Part shown: piece by piece, positions 52,384-64,000 of the stretch
Layout: each line of letters starts with the position of its first letter
Position numbering within the stretch: the first letter of the stretch is position 1
DNA from: Octopus bimaculoides
Lineage: Eukaryota
Length of the DNA stretch: 64,000 nucleotides
Direction of reading: 5' to 3'
Assembly (NCBI RefSeq): GCF_001194135.2
Contig: NC_069000.1
Location: 7,207,559-7,271,558, forward strand
Notes under the pieces: model-generated
The model's database searches: none
What the model was told of the DNA's origin: nothing
Seen by the model: the letters and a program-made list of their open reading frames with translations, nothing else
Position numbers and translations under genes: made by a program

Positions 52384-53005
52384 TGTGTGCGTATAAGATC
52401 ACCAACTTTTTGTCTTTTCACCACAAATTCCGATACAATCAGAATCTACACCATCTGAAGCGTATTTGTAGAAACTTTCATCAAGAAATATCCATTTTTC
52501 TGGAAATTATGAAGAAACGAAGTCGGGGATGGGCACGAATGTGTAGGTATGCCCTCAAAAAATTCCAGACTTCTCGCAATTTGCCTACACTGCTCCTGAC
52601 ATGCTTACGTCCCTGTTCCCTTTCTTTTTATGACTCTTTTACTGTTCATTTTTCTGTCTTGTGTTTTATCCTGTGTACTACGGATGCACTTTTAGCTTTC
52701 GTTGCTGTTTTTCTTACGAACCATCTTATCACTAAATCTTACAGAAATAAGTTATGATGTTGGTCTTTAAATAAAGGGAGATAACTTCGAACTTGCTGAA
52801 CTAATTTGAAATCATCATTCGTATGAGGGTGAGGAGTAACAAAGTATGAAGTAAAAAAATAATAAAAAACACTTTATCTTAAAGATTAATTGTGTTCAAG
52901 AAAAGCAGAAAATTTTAATGTAGTAATTCTCTATGCATAATATACACATTTCCATCAAAATCAAGATTAAAATTAAGACTACGCGTAGGGGTGACATTTA
53001 GCCAT

Positions 53006-53109
<104 letters not shown>

Positions 53110-53481
53110 TACGATGAGCTTCTGTACCATTTCATATGCCAATTTCCTCTTGCAGGCAACAGCCAAATTGAGGTGACGGTGTAAAACACTACTCCATGTT
53201 GCCGTGCAATGATATCGAACCTGGAAACACATGGTTGCGATGTAAAGAGTTTTAACAACATAGTCACATTGACGCTTATTGTTGTGACATTTATGACTTT
53301 CCAAAGTCACAATTCCTATGGTCGACTCCTTTCTTAATGACTATACTCGGCCTTTTCATAAAAGATAGCATATATTCACTGGACACCGGTTGATCTGTTT
53401 CATCGCTCACAGACACATCCTAATCCGCATGTATTGGTTTGTGTATCTTCTTTAACACTGTTTACCCTTTTATATGTTGTG

Positions 53482-53545
53482 ATGTCGGCCAGATATCTTC
53501 TCAGAGCCATTACCCACTCAGTTAAAGGAAACTTGATAAAATGTG
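53482..53545 (+). CDS. MRPL46: MRPL46 exon 1 (MSARYLLRAITHSVKGNLIKC, mitochondrial targeting peptide-like)
   Basis: ATG at 53482 and donor G|GTAAGT. The phase 1 end matches exon 2, and the peptide is Arg/Ser/Leu-rich with no acidic residues. Confidence 0.8.
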
Positions 53546-56500
53546 GTAAGTTAATAATAAATATTTATTTAGAATTCTTGGGATTACGATCGGAGAGGAT
53601 TGCATGATTGTTGTTGTTGTTTAGCCACGAGTTAGCCCTGATCCGGTAGAGCTACGATAGGAAGACGTTTCAACTATGAGCATCCTGTCTTCTATTCAGA
53701 CATAGTGTACCCAGGACTACATTATCCAATGTATCTTACCCTTCTTTTAAGACGTTGCCGTGTCAATGAAAGAGATTTAGCTGTTCTTTGTGACTAGTCG
53801 GACGCCTTGCAGTGATTGGTGATATTTATCCCCCTAACCCCGGTCGGCCCTAATCTAGCAAAGCTGGACTCATAAGCGTTCCAGCCATGACCATTCCGCC
53901 TTCTATTCGGATGTAGTGTATATAGGATTATAACATCCAGTTTGTATTGTGTGATTTGAGGGAGACCCGGCAACTATTTCCAGCAGATCGGGTGGCTCCG
54001 TTTTGAGGATCCCTCTGTTCATAGAATTACTGCAGGAAGATATTTCTCAAACAGGATTGTGAAACTGTTTCGATTCCCTGTTGAACCCCGTTCACTTCCA
54101 TTGACCTGCCGATGTCCTTGAACAAAAACTGTGAAGTATTCTACCCAATCCTCTAATAACTCTAATGACAAACTGGCAGAATTGTTAGAGCATTTGACAA
54201 AGCTTTGTGATGTTTCTTCTGACTCTTGAGTTCAATTCCCACTGGAGTCAGTTTTGCCTTTCATTTCTCCAGGACTGAAGAAAGAATGTACCAGTCACGT
54301 ACTAGTCTCAATGGGATTGATAAAACCTCTCCCTTTAAAACTGCTGACCTTATGCCTAAATCAGAAAGCCTTAATGATTATAAATTACTTTACATTGAAA
54401 ATCTTAGTAGTTCATTCATTCTCTCATTCCTTCATTCCTAGTGTTTATCTTCAAATTTCTAATTCTTAAACTGTATTCTCTTACAGGCCATGTCTCCAGC
54501 CCTATGCAACAACTTTATTACATACAGAGACGTTCTATAGCAGACAGTGCTTCTAAACCTTGGATGTTGTTCAGTGCAGTTTGTTTGGAACGCCTACCAT
54601 CACTATCAACCACTTTATCAGAATTTGAACAGAAATATGGCAAAATATTAAAGGCAGAAGAGGTTGAAAAAAGTTGTTTATCTGATCATGAACTAAGATA
54701 TAAGGAAGATGAGTACGTTTGTTTTTTAATGTTTTTTCAATGATTTTTTTTCTTTTCGTAACCTTATTTGTATAAGATTTGCTTCACTTGCACCAGGTTT
54801 GGTGATACAATCTCTTATTATTTATCTTCAAATGTGTCACCAGTTATTATTAAGTAATATCATAATATATCTAACTGTGGATTTCTCTTGTGATGTTATT
54901 TTCAGAAAAATTCTGGAGGCAAAGAAAGAAGGTGCGAAAGAAGAGGAATCTGCTCGGAAAACCACGGCGGAATTTGAAGACTTATGGGAAGCAGAATTCA
55001 ACAGTTTCCAGTTTCCATCCCAACTGACTGGTATGACAACTTGAAATTAATTCTTAGTAAATGTTTTGGCTGAAGTTGCTTGTTGAAATTAGTTTCATTT
55101 AACACAGAAGATTTTGGTCTTCGTGCTTATCTTCACCTAGTGTTATGAATGTTAGGTAATTACCAAAAGATTATGATAGCAAATACAAACAGAAAAAATG
55201 AGGTCCCCCCCCCCCCAAGGATCTTGTATATGTGTATCAACAGCACCATTCTATGTATGTGTATACAGTACTATACTGTAATATTTGTTTAACAGCATAT
55301 ATATATTTCGTACTGTACTCTGTGTGTCACAGCAAGATAGTCTGTATACGTGCGTAGAGTACCTGATTTGGGTCTTACTTGGGCTGTGCAGATGATCAAC
55401 GACTCATAGTTTGGAGTAACTTCTGGTCCTAAAGAAGATTAGTGTTTGCAGTTTGTTATGTGTGTGGGGGGCTCCAAGAAACACCAAAGAGCTTAAAGCT
55501 CAGTATATGTAACCAGTCTGAGGGGTTTTTAACTGGGGATTGTTCAACAACTAGATGGAGGGTACTTGAGAAGCTGGGTCAACTTGGAGTTGGTTGAGTT
55601 TAATTCCCGTGTGTTAGTTATTTGATGGCCTATGAGACGCACCTTTTTACCCCCTAAATGGCTTTAAAAATCCCTCTGCGTCTAATGCGCTCAATGTAGG
55701 CTCAAAACTCGCCCAAAACAATATGTATGTTTACAAAACGTGTGCTGCCATATATTGGTGAACAATTACCTACGGTATGTTTGTCTCGAATGTGGGTGCA
55801 ATAAATTGCTAATAATTACCGGTAATAACATAAAGTTATACAGGTTAGTGAAGGAATTAAAACTTTATTTTACAAAAGTATAGACTATGCTACCGTGCGT
55901 CTTATAGGCCATCAAATACGGTATTTATTGATGCTGGAGATAAAGTTAGACATTCTGGGGCTTGAACTCCAAACATTGAGGTAGTATTCCACTAATTACT
56001 ATAATGTCTCTTCTTTTTCTAGAAATAACAGCCAAATTTCACTCAAAAGGCATCCTACTGTTCTAAGTAACAAAGTGACGCATTGCATAATGTCGGTTTC
56101 TACCCGAGAAAAAAGATAGGGTGGGCATGGTTGGGATGCCTTTCGTATAGGTCTACTCAACAACAAACAAACCAGAAATATTTTCCTACCTTAAATATTT
56201 AGTTGTATTACAGTAAGATGTTGTGGTGTTCATTCGTTTTTCAAGTGAAATAAAATGCTTCCGAAACAGAAATCAAAAGCTCGGACTTACCGCCATTTCA
56301 TAGAACAAGGGGACACAACTGTGTATTAAGCTAAATTACTTGTCTCTTGTTTCTCTTCATTTAATATTAGATGTTTTCGATAAACAAATTATAACTTCAC
56401 ATCTTTCTTAATGACAACAAATTCTGCTGTTTTCGCTGATGTTAACTTATTGTATTTTCATCGAGCAACTGAAGTAACTTTTATCTTTTACTTGCTTCAG

Positions 56501-59500
56501 TCACTGAAGCTGGTCATCTGGAATGAAATTCCAATAGTTCATGTATGCCTTACCCACTTGGGTACATTGGTGCAATCTCCTACCAATTTGAGATATGCAA
56601 ACTTTTGTGCATAAAGAACATTTAAAGAAGAAATGAGAAACTTTCGCAATGTTATTGATATTAATCTCATTTTTACAAAATTATTTTTTTCATTTAACAC
56701 CACTTCAAATCGTAGCTCTCCATACTTCCCTATTTGCCACAAGTGATTCAAGATTTTTGTAACATAATTTAATCATTTATTAATATGCATACATAATATA
56801 CATATGCACAAACACATGTACATATATATTTATTTATACGTACATTTATATATTGAATGACTTCATTTTCTTAGAATTCTATGCTATTTACTGCATGTTT
56901 AAGATTGCGCAGCTTCAAAAGATACATTGGGGATCTTATCATTTCTTTTCAGAAGCAGACAAAAAAGGAGACACAAAATCTCTACAACGAAAATGTGATG
57001 CTAAGTTAATATTGCTTGCAAAACAGAAGTTAGGTTCCAAAGAATTTTGGATATTGCCTCAAGGTGTGCACCAACAAGGTGAATCAATGAGAGAAGTATG
57101 TTTTTGTTGTTAATTAATTTTTTGTTTTGGTTACTAAATATGTGGAAATATTTTATTTACTGAAGTCTTCTATGAAGAAACAACTTGAGTATTTTAAAGT
57201 CATGTCCATTTGTCTTAACATTTAAAATTTATTTGAAATTCAAGTAGAAGCCAATTTTTTTGTGAGTCATTTTGGAAATCATCAAAGTTCTATGGAATGG
57301 ATTGAATGTTCTTAGATAGATATCTATCCATCCAGCTTCTATGCCCACTATTCCTGGGAGGGGCGTTGGAGTAAAGCCTTAAGTACCTTCTCTATAGAGT
57401 CATCCAGCTGTAGAAACCAAGCCAAATCAGACTGGAGTCTGGTGCAGACCCTCAGCTTACCAACCCTGCTCAAACCATCTAACCCATGCCAGCATGGACA
57501 ACAGACATTAAAGGATGATGTAAACTGAGTCAATAAAGGAACTCCTTGCCCAGGAAGGAACAATCTTTTGCAGGAAGTGGGCTGCATGAGACATGGCTCA
57601 TCATTAAGTGGGCCACATTTCTGAAGGAATTCAGTGTGTGCCATTCAGAAAGTCCCACGGGCCACAGGTACCCCATGACTGATTTAGTCAGTGGACCTGC
57701 TTGCTAGACATAACAGCCAGATCTCCCCCAACTCACACCTTACCATCTTAAAACAAGAAAGACAGTTATTTCTAACATATTTAACCACCATAGACAGAGG
57801 CTCCTTCATTGGCCACACAAAAAATAGAAGTAATAATAATGATGACCCTTTCTACTATAGGCACAAGGCCTGAAGTTTTGTGGGAAGGAAGCTAGTCAAT
57901 GACATTAACCTCAGTACATGACTGGTACTTATTTTATTGCCCCCAAAAGGATGAAAAGCAAAGTCAACCTCAGTGGAATTTGAACTCAGAACATGAAGAT
58001 GGATGAAATATTACTAAGCAATTTGTCCAACATGCTAACAATTCTGTCACTTGCTGGCAGAGTCGTTAGCACTCCTGATAAAATGCTTAGCATGATTTCG
58101 TCAGTCTTCTCGTTTTGAGTTCAAATTCCGCCTAGGTTGACTTTGCCTTTTATCCTTCCCGGGTCGATAAATTAAATATCAGTGAAACACTGGGGTCAAT
58201 GTAATCGGTTAACCCCCTCCTTCCAAAATTTCAGGCCTTGTGCCTATAATAGAAAGGATTATTATTATTATTATTGGTAGTAGTAGCAAATAAATTATGA
58301 TCAAAAAGGGAAACAAAATATTGTTGTTGGTTTTCTTTGTTGTTTAGACGGCAGAGCGTGTCCTGAGAGAGTTGTGTGGAGAGGAGATCAATGGGATTTT
58401 CTTAGGCAATGCACCTTGTGGCTTTTATAAATACAAATATCCACCGAATCATGAAAACATTGGCGCCAAGGTAAATCATTTCATTTCATTTCTCTGCTAC
58501 ACTTACTATCTCTCCAGAAGAGAATTTTTCAAAACGTTTAATATTCACTTTTCAAATTACACTTGTTATTTCTTGGTGGTGTCGTGTCCCACTGTGAAGA
58601 CGCTTGTCAGCTGATGTCCTGTACTGTAGCCACATGTTCACCAGTACCTTGTGATGAAATTGGTAGATGGAAACGGATGAAGCTTGTTGTGTGTGTGTTA
58701 TTTGGTGACCTCACCAGTGCTTGTGCCATGTAAAAAAAAAAATATCCAGTCCACACTGTAAAGTGGTTGGCATTCGGAAGGGCTTCCAGCTATAAAAACC
58801 ATGCCAAAGCAGACCTCATTGGTGCTGGTACCATATAAAAAGCACTGTGCCAAAACAGTGGAGACTGGTGCAGTCCTCTGATTTACCAGCTCCTGTCAAA
58901 CTGTCCAACCTGTCCCAGCATGGAAGACGGACATTAAATGATGATGATATATATATATGTATCAGTTGATTCACCAGTAATGATTATCACAGGACATAAT
59001 ACAAATGTAGAATAATCTGTAATACATAATAACTGAAAGACTCCAATTCCTTGTACTGAGAGTTTCTCATTTCCAATCATCAACTGCTTTTCTTTTGAAA
59101 TATTCATTGTTTGAATATCTTTTTGAAATATGAAATGAAAGTTTGAAGAAAGTGTTTATCTTTGTTCTTTTGTTTATAAACTTTCGTGAGCAATTTGTCC
59201 AAAAGCAGTTCTATCAAGTTCATCGTTATTGACAATAAGGCAGTGAGCTGGCAGAATCATTAGCATATCAGGCAAAATGCTTTGTGGTATTTCGCCTGCC
59301 ACTACACTCTGAGTTCAAATTCCACCCAGATCAACTTTTTTACCAGTGAAACAGTGAGGTTGATGCAGTTGACTAGTCCCCCCACCGCCCCCTCGTAAAA
59401 AAAATTTCAGGCCTTGTGCCTATAGTAGAAAGGATTATTCATATTGACAGGAGAAATATTTAATGAGATGATGTAAATGAGTTTTATTCTCTACTCTTTC

Positions 59501-59659
59501 TTTCAGGTCTTTTTTTTCAGAGCTCACCACCAAACTGGAAACGTGTCAAGTAAATCCAAAGATTTGATAGATTTTTCTTGGTTAACCAAACAAGAAGTAG
59601 AAGACAAAACACCCTCAGAATATTTCAAAGCCATTGATCGATTTATAGTAGATTTATGA
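53482..59659 (+). CDS. MRPL46: 39S mitochondrial ribosomal protein L46 (mL46); exons 53482-53545, 54487-54712, 54906-55030, 56953-57095, 58348-58470, 59507-59659; 834 nt, 277 aa
   Basis: The spliced translation contains W.L..A.CL.R.P, SDHELR, EDLWE..F, TEAD...D..SL.RK, WILPQ...GE.MRETAER.L, FLGNAPCG.Y.YKYP, GAKVFFF and terminal RFIVDL*, matching mL46. All introns are GT-AG with consistent phases 1,2,1,0,0. Confidence 0.95.
53615..53995 (+). mobile_element. Two tandem copies of a further short interspersed family (E) in MRPL46 intron 1
   Basis: The motif TTAGCCC..GTCAGCCCTGAT...CATTCCAGC..TGACCATCC recurs. Related pieces lie at ~1850-1970, 13020-13100 and 20550-20640, and inverted at ~56020-56160 and 57590-57800. 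Confidence 0.55.
54487..54712 (+). CDS. MRPL46: MRPL46 exon 2
   Basis: Acceptor TTACAG and donor GA|GTACGT; encodes KPWMLFSAVCLERLP...SDHELRYKED. Confidence 0.92.
54906..55030 (+). CDS. MRPL46: MRPL46 exon 3
   Basis: Acceptor TTTTCAG and donor G|GTATGA; encodes EFEDLWEAEFNSFQFPSQLT. Confidence 0.92.
55616..55921. mobile_element. pogo/Tigger-like MITE in MRPL46 intron 3
   Basis: TIRs TATTTGATGGCCTATGAGACGCAC / GTGCGTCTTATAGGCCATCAAATACGG followed by TA. Confidence 0.7.
56953..57095 (+). CDS. MRPL46: MRPL46 exon 4
   Basis: Acceptor TTTTCAG and donor GAA|GTATGT; encodes EADKKGDTKSLQRK...FWILPQG...GESMRE. Confidence 0.95.
57840..58272. mobile_element. Head-to-head pair of SINE family C copies in MRPL46 intron 4
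   Basis: A minus copy at 57840-58030 abuts a plus copy at 58032-58272; (AAT)n and (TTA)n tails point outward. Confidence 0.8.
58348..58470 (+). CDS. MRPL46: MRPL46 exon 5
   Basis: Acceptor TTTAG and donor AAG|GTAAAT; encodes TAERVL...FLGNAPCGFYKYKYP...GAK. Confidence 0.95.
59507..59659 (+). CDS. MRPL46: MRPL46 exon 6 (terminal coding)
   Basis: Acceptor TTTCAG; encodes VFFFRAH...WLTKQEV...RFIVDL followed by TGA. Confidence 0.93.
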   Translation, partial: VFFFRAHHQTGNVSSKSKDLIDFSWLTKQEVEDKTPSEYFKAIDRFIVDL

Positions 59660-59700
59660 AAAAAATAATTTATATGATAAGGCTTTGCTCTAGTTCATGA

Positions 59701-59706
59701 AATAAA
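59701..59706 (+). terminator. Candidate polyadenylation signal of MRPL46
   Basis: AATAAA 41 nt after the stop codon, with T/GT-rich sequence downstream. Confidence 0.5.
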
Positions 59707-60642
59707 ACATACTTTGAATAGCTTCATTGCACAATGTTTTGTACTTTTATTTTAAGAAATCATTAAATTAAGATCAACAATCCCATTCTTCCATGTTGGT
59801 TTGAAATATAAAATCATGTTACTTTGCTGCAGACTGGAAGTTGATTCCATTTGTCATCTCTGTAATGGTTTTAATGGGACTGTCTGAATGGCACGCCCGA
59901 TAGTGTGGCCTGCCCGATGAAGAACCAGGTCTCATGGGGCTCAAACAAGATGGTCAGATGATAATGATTTAATTCTTCTGGGACTATTTTCAAGGACAAC
60001 TGTATAATCGAGACCTATTTTTTTACTTTGATATTTACTGAAAATTACTATTTGCCCTTAAAGCTAAACCTATTTCATCTGCTGCTCTTTAAAAGTCACC
60101 TTCACATACTTCACTTCATTCTTGTATTTGTGTGACCGTCGGGTTTTTTTGTTTTTTTCAGGCTTAATTACTGCTTGTTCTGTACTTTTCCAGGTTCATA
60201 CATAAGAATATTCTATGATTCTGCACCTACAATTTTCATTGTAGTCAACTTTTTTGCAGGCAACACTTCTATTATAATAATATTTACCTTTATAATTGCA
60301 AACATATTATTGTAAATATATCTTAAATACAGATTTTGCTCAAACTTAGAAATTTTGTTTGCATCTAAAAATAACAAAGGATTTATTTTTGAACAATTGT
60401 TATAAAATACTGCTTTATTTTAATTAAATAAATGATAACTACTTAGATTTTTAATTAGTGAAATTTTAAATTTTAATGTTTTTAGCATTACATATTTTAA
60501 TACATAAACAGAGTAATAAAAATTAATATAAAATCGCAAAAAGCATAACTATCTTTGTTTAATACTTTTAGACAGGATTTTTTTCAAAATATTTGTTTTA
60601 ACGTCCACAATTAGGAGATATAGACTTCAATATGTGTTCAAA

Positions 60643-61545
60643 TCATCATCATTGGCATTGGTGAGATGGTTTGACTAGAGCTGATGAATCAGAGAGCTGC
60701 ACCAGGTACCGGTCTGATTTCGCATGGTTTCTATAGCCGGACGCTCTTCCTAATGGCAACCATTCCAGGAGTGTAATGGGTGTTTTTACATGACACCAGC
60801 AACACCCACAACTATGATTCACGGGTGGGTGCCATTTGCATGGCACCACCAACAACCATAATTCACAGGTGCCAATATGCATAGCACAATTGATGACCAC
60901 AACTATGAAGCGCAGGTGACATTTACATGGCACTGGCATTAACCATGATGATTCACAGGTGCCATTTACAAAGCACCAGCAGAGATCATGACTATAACTT
61001 CATTTGGCCTGATGAGTCTTCTCACGCACAGCCTATTGTCAGAGCTTTGTCATTTGTTATCACCTCTGTAAGGCCCAACATTCGAAAATCATGCTTCACC
61101 ACCCCATCCCATGTCTTCCTGGGTCTATCTCTTCCACAAGTTAACCTTCACAGTTAGAGATCAGAATTTCCTTCCACAGCTGTCCTCATCCAAACACATC
61201 ACATGACCATACCAGCACAGTCATCTCTCTTGCACACCACATCTGATGCCTCTTATTCTCAGCTTTTCTCTCAAAATGCTTACACTCTGTCATACATGTA
61301 CGCTGACACTGCACATACTAGCTTCATTTTCTTTCAAGCCTATGTATGTCCTCGGTCGTCACAGCCCATGTTCTACTGCTATGTAGCATACCTATTTGCA
61401 TACAGGCATCATACAGTCTGCCTTTCACTGAGAGGCCCTTTGTTACCAACAGAGGCAGGAGCTCTCTAAATTTTGTTCATCCTATTCTTATTCTTGCAGC
61501 TATACTCTCGGAGCATCCACATCCGGAAGCTACCAACTACCTCAC
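60643..61545 (-). mobile_element. RTE-clade LINE 3' end (same family as 33.7-34.5 kb) with full 3' UTR and (GAT)n tail
   Basis: 61000-61545 is homologous to 33960-34480. The tail TTGGCGTTAGGAAGGGCATCCAGC-like motif and (GAT)n lie at 60643-60770. Isolated copies of this tail occur at ~14075-14450, 18515-18668, 24800-24970, 25415-25575, 31210-31405, 57395-57525, 58740-58948 and 62000-62157. Confidence 0.85.
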
Positions 61546-62232
61546 ACGTTCTGACTTAACTTCTTTTTTTTTTTTTTAATGAACTAAATCTCAATTATTT
61601 TATCTCAAAACGTAGATAAAGACTGGACCATCATTGCTAAAAGAAACTGCATTCAATTTGGTTGAGGAATGAATTAAGTGATAAAGTCTAGAAGTGCTCG
61701 CAAGTAACTAAAAATAGACTAAGAATAGAAAGTGGCTAGCAGGTTACTATATAGAATTGAACCCTGTACTTCTCAAACTCCAGTAAAACGTTCTGTTGAC
61801 CTTAAGAACATATTCACCCACTGCTGTGGGTGAATGATATATTTTAAAATTTTGTTTATTCATCTTAATTCCAGTGTACTTTCATAACACTAAATATTAA
61901 GTGCCTTAACAATTTTGAAATGGTTGAATCAGACAATTTTCTCAATATTCATTATCTATTGATATTTTGAATTTTGGTTTATTGGGAAATATTCCCTACA
62001 TCATCATCAGTTAACGTCCGCTTTCCATGCTAGCATGGGTTGGACGATTTGACTGAGGACTGGTAAACCAGATGGCTGCACAAGGCTCCAATCTGTTCTG
62101 ATAAGGTTTCTACAGCTGGCTGTCCTTCCTAACGCCAACTACTCCGAGAGTGTAGTGACCATTGAAAACCACCACTTGCAGGGATTTTACTTGAGTCGTT
62201 TCTCAGTTAATTCCAGTAAGACAGAATTTGTG

Positions 62233-62570
62233 CAGGCATGGCTGTGTAAAAAGCTTGCTTCCTAGCCACATCATATTGTTCAGTACCCCTGCATGGTATC
62301 TTGGGAATGGATTTGGTAGAAGGAAACTGAAATATTTGTATATTAGCATGTGTGTATATCTGTGTTTGTTCCCCAGCACGACTTTACAACAAGTCTGGGT
62401 TTGTTTATGCCCCCATAACCTAGCAGTTTGGCATAAGTGACTGATAGAATAAGTTCAGTCTTTTAAAAAAATAAGTATAGGGGTCAATTTCTTTCAACAA
62501 AGACTCTTTGAGGGGCTGCTCCAGCATGGCTGTAGTCCAATGGTTGTAACAAGTAAACAATAAAAGATAG
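62233..62570 (+). mobile_element. SINE family A copy
   Basis: Homologous to the 5306-5698 family. Confidence 0.7.
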
Positions 62571-63208
62571 ATCAAATAATGTTAGCATATTTCATACATA
62601 ATTATGTAATTAATGTTACATATTAGTTTAACATTAGTTTCTGTTCTATCATGCAATTGTAATCAAAGCCAGTCTAGGTTATTGATTTCAGTAGTTAAAG
62701 GGAGTGGTTTTTGCAAATCAAGTGGAATAACAAAAGACCTTTTTTTAGAGATTCACTGATCTGTTGGTAATTTTTTTTTACCGATATACACACATACACA
62801 CAAAATTCCACAATTTGTGTCCTTCAAATTCCCATCACAAGTTATTGGCGCAGTCAAGCCTTTGGCCAGGTTCAAACTCAGAATTACGTGGTGACAAAAT
62901 AAAGTTTTGGTTACACTACCATGTCTACACCCTCCCTGCTGAATAGTAACTGGTTCCTTCTTCAATTAATCAGCACTTACACACACACATTTATTCAATC
63001 TTTCATGTTAATACTTAATGTAATAAATATTAAAATAAAAAAATAAAAAGTTTTTTTTTTTTGTGTGTTCACTTCAGAGGATAATTCACGGTAATTGTTT
63101 TATTCAACCTAAAGATCACCACAAGTCCACATCTATGTCATTCGACTTCAATTTTTCACAAAGCACCTCACAACAGACATAAACGTACTCGACTCCACAC
63201 TGAACCAA

Positions 63209-63247
63209 CTAATACCTGGTGTTGCCTGTTAGTCGTTCTGGGGAGTC
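63209..63247 (-). CDS. Candidate short exon of an unidentified minus-strand gene entering from beyond the window (DSPERLTGNTRY* if terminal, or a 32-nt internal exon 63247-63216)
   Basis: Acceptor CTTTTGTCGCAG|G after a pyrimidine-rich tract, a possible donor AG|GTATTA, and a minus-strand AATAAA at 63103-63098. No homology recognised. Confidence 0.2.
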   Translation of the reverse strand, partial: DSPERLTGNTRY

Positions 63248-64000
63248 CTGCGACAAAAGTTGGAGATCATTTATCATCACAGAGCAGCAGCAGCAGCAGG
63301 AATGGAAAAGGGTTTAGCAGAAAATGGGAAACAGAATGTGTTTATGTGGGGGGGGTGTGTGTGTGTGTGTGTGCATCTATGTGTGTGAGACAAAAGGAGA
63401 ATTACAAAAACATTAATAGCATTGCAATAGAGTTCAAATGGTTCAATTAAGTTGATTTTGATAATTTTTAATCAGTGGCTATGTTAATATAGCATTTGTA
63501 GATACGGTAGTGGAATAATCAGCAGATATTATATATATATATATATAAATACATATATATTATTATATATATAGACGCACACACTATATTAATCATGTAT
63601 ACATTATATATATTAGATGTATTAAGGAATATTAGTAACAAAGAAAAAAGTGATAAGGTTTTATTCCAGAAGCTGTGAATGTCCCAGTGTTAGAGATTAG
63701 AGGGGTGGGGGCGGGGATTTTAATTAATTAGTTGATGACGTAATTATGGAGGTATTTTAATTAGTTTTGTTTAGTAATACGGCAAAATATATTATTACGA
63801 GTAATTTCAGTTAAATAACACGTGATAGTTGAAAAACAAAAAAAACAAAAAAAAATTTAGGAGGAAATAAATAAATAAATAAAACGAAAGCAGTGAAATA
63901 TAGCAGTCTGATTAAGAGAGACATTCATTTTGCTTGCTTGCTATCAAAGATTTTTTGCTGCACTCCGATCAATAAAGAACTTCGTTTGTCTGTCTAGCAA

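Larger units (their letters stand above)
51336..52553. mobile_element. Outer palindromic element (~165-bp inverted arms) enclosing two further fold-back elements
   Basis: 51336-51497 is the diverged reverse complement of ~52385-52553; both arms begin GGCATACCTACACA. Confidence 0.75.

Noticed and set aside
52368-52757. 129-aa ORF with apparent donor TGTAG|GTATGC as MRPL46 first exon
   Set aside because: It lies in the arm of the palindromic element, and its phase 2 end does not fit exon 2, which needs phase 1. The exon at 53482-53545 fits.
59905-59960. CCGATGAAGAACC..GGGCTCAAAC hammerhead-like core
   Set aside because: Both core halves are mutated and no flanking helices were found.

Overview
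Eukaryotic, AT-rich, microsatellite-dense genomic DNA with several N gaps. The repeat families and composition point to an Octopus genome (inference). Two protein-coding loci are well supported. (1) A complete six-exon MRPL46 gene lies on + (53482-59659, 277 aa, all intron phases consistent). (2) A 2286-nt coding exon lies on - (29487-27202) and encodes five tandem CxxC..FPF..CxxC zinc-finger-like repeats resembling invertebrate Gse1/Plexus-like proteins. Its downstream exons were not found, so it is probably followed by an intron of more than 27 kb that leaves the window. The rest is mostly mobile DNA: SINE families, RTE and CR1/L2-type LINE fragments, Tc1/mariner, pogo-, hAT- and piggyBac-like MITEs, plus simple repeats. 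The most unusual observations are a dispersed repeat family with a hammerhead-ribozyme fold (four copies; long stem II, palindromic mini stem III, compensatory changes), a ~1.2-kb triple-nested palindrome of transposon origin upstream of MRPL46, head-to-head SINE fold-backs inside introns, and an apparent CpG-depletion boundary near 27-30 kb. All alignments and folds were done by eye; repeat boundaries are approximate.
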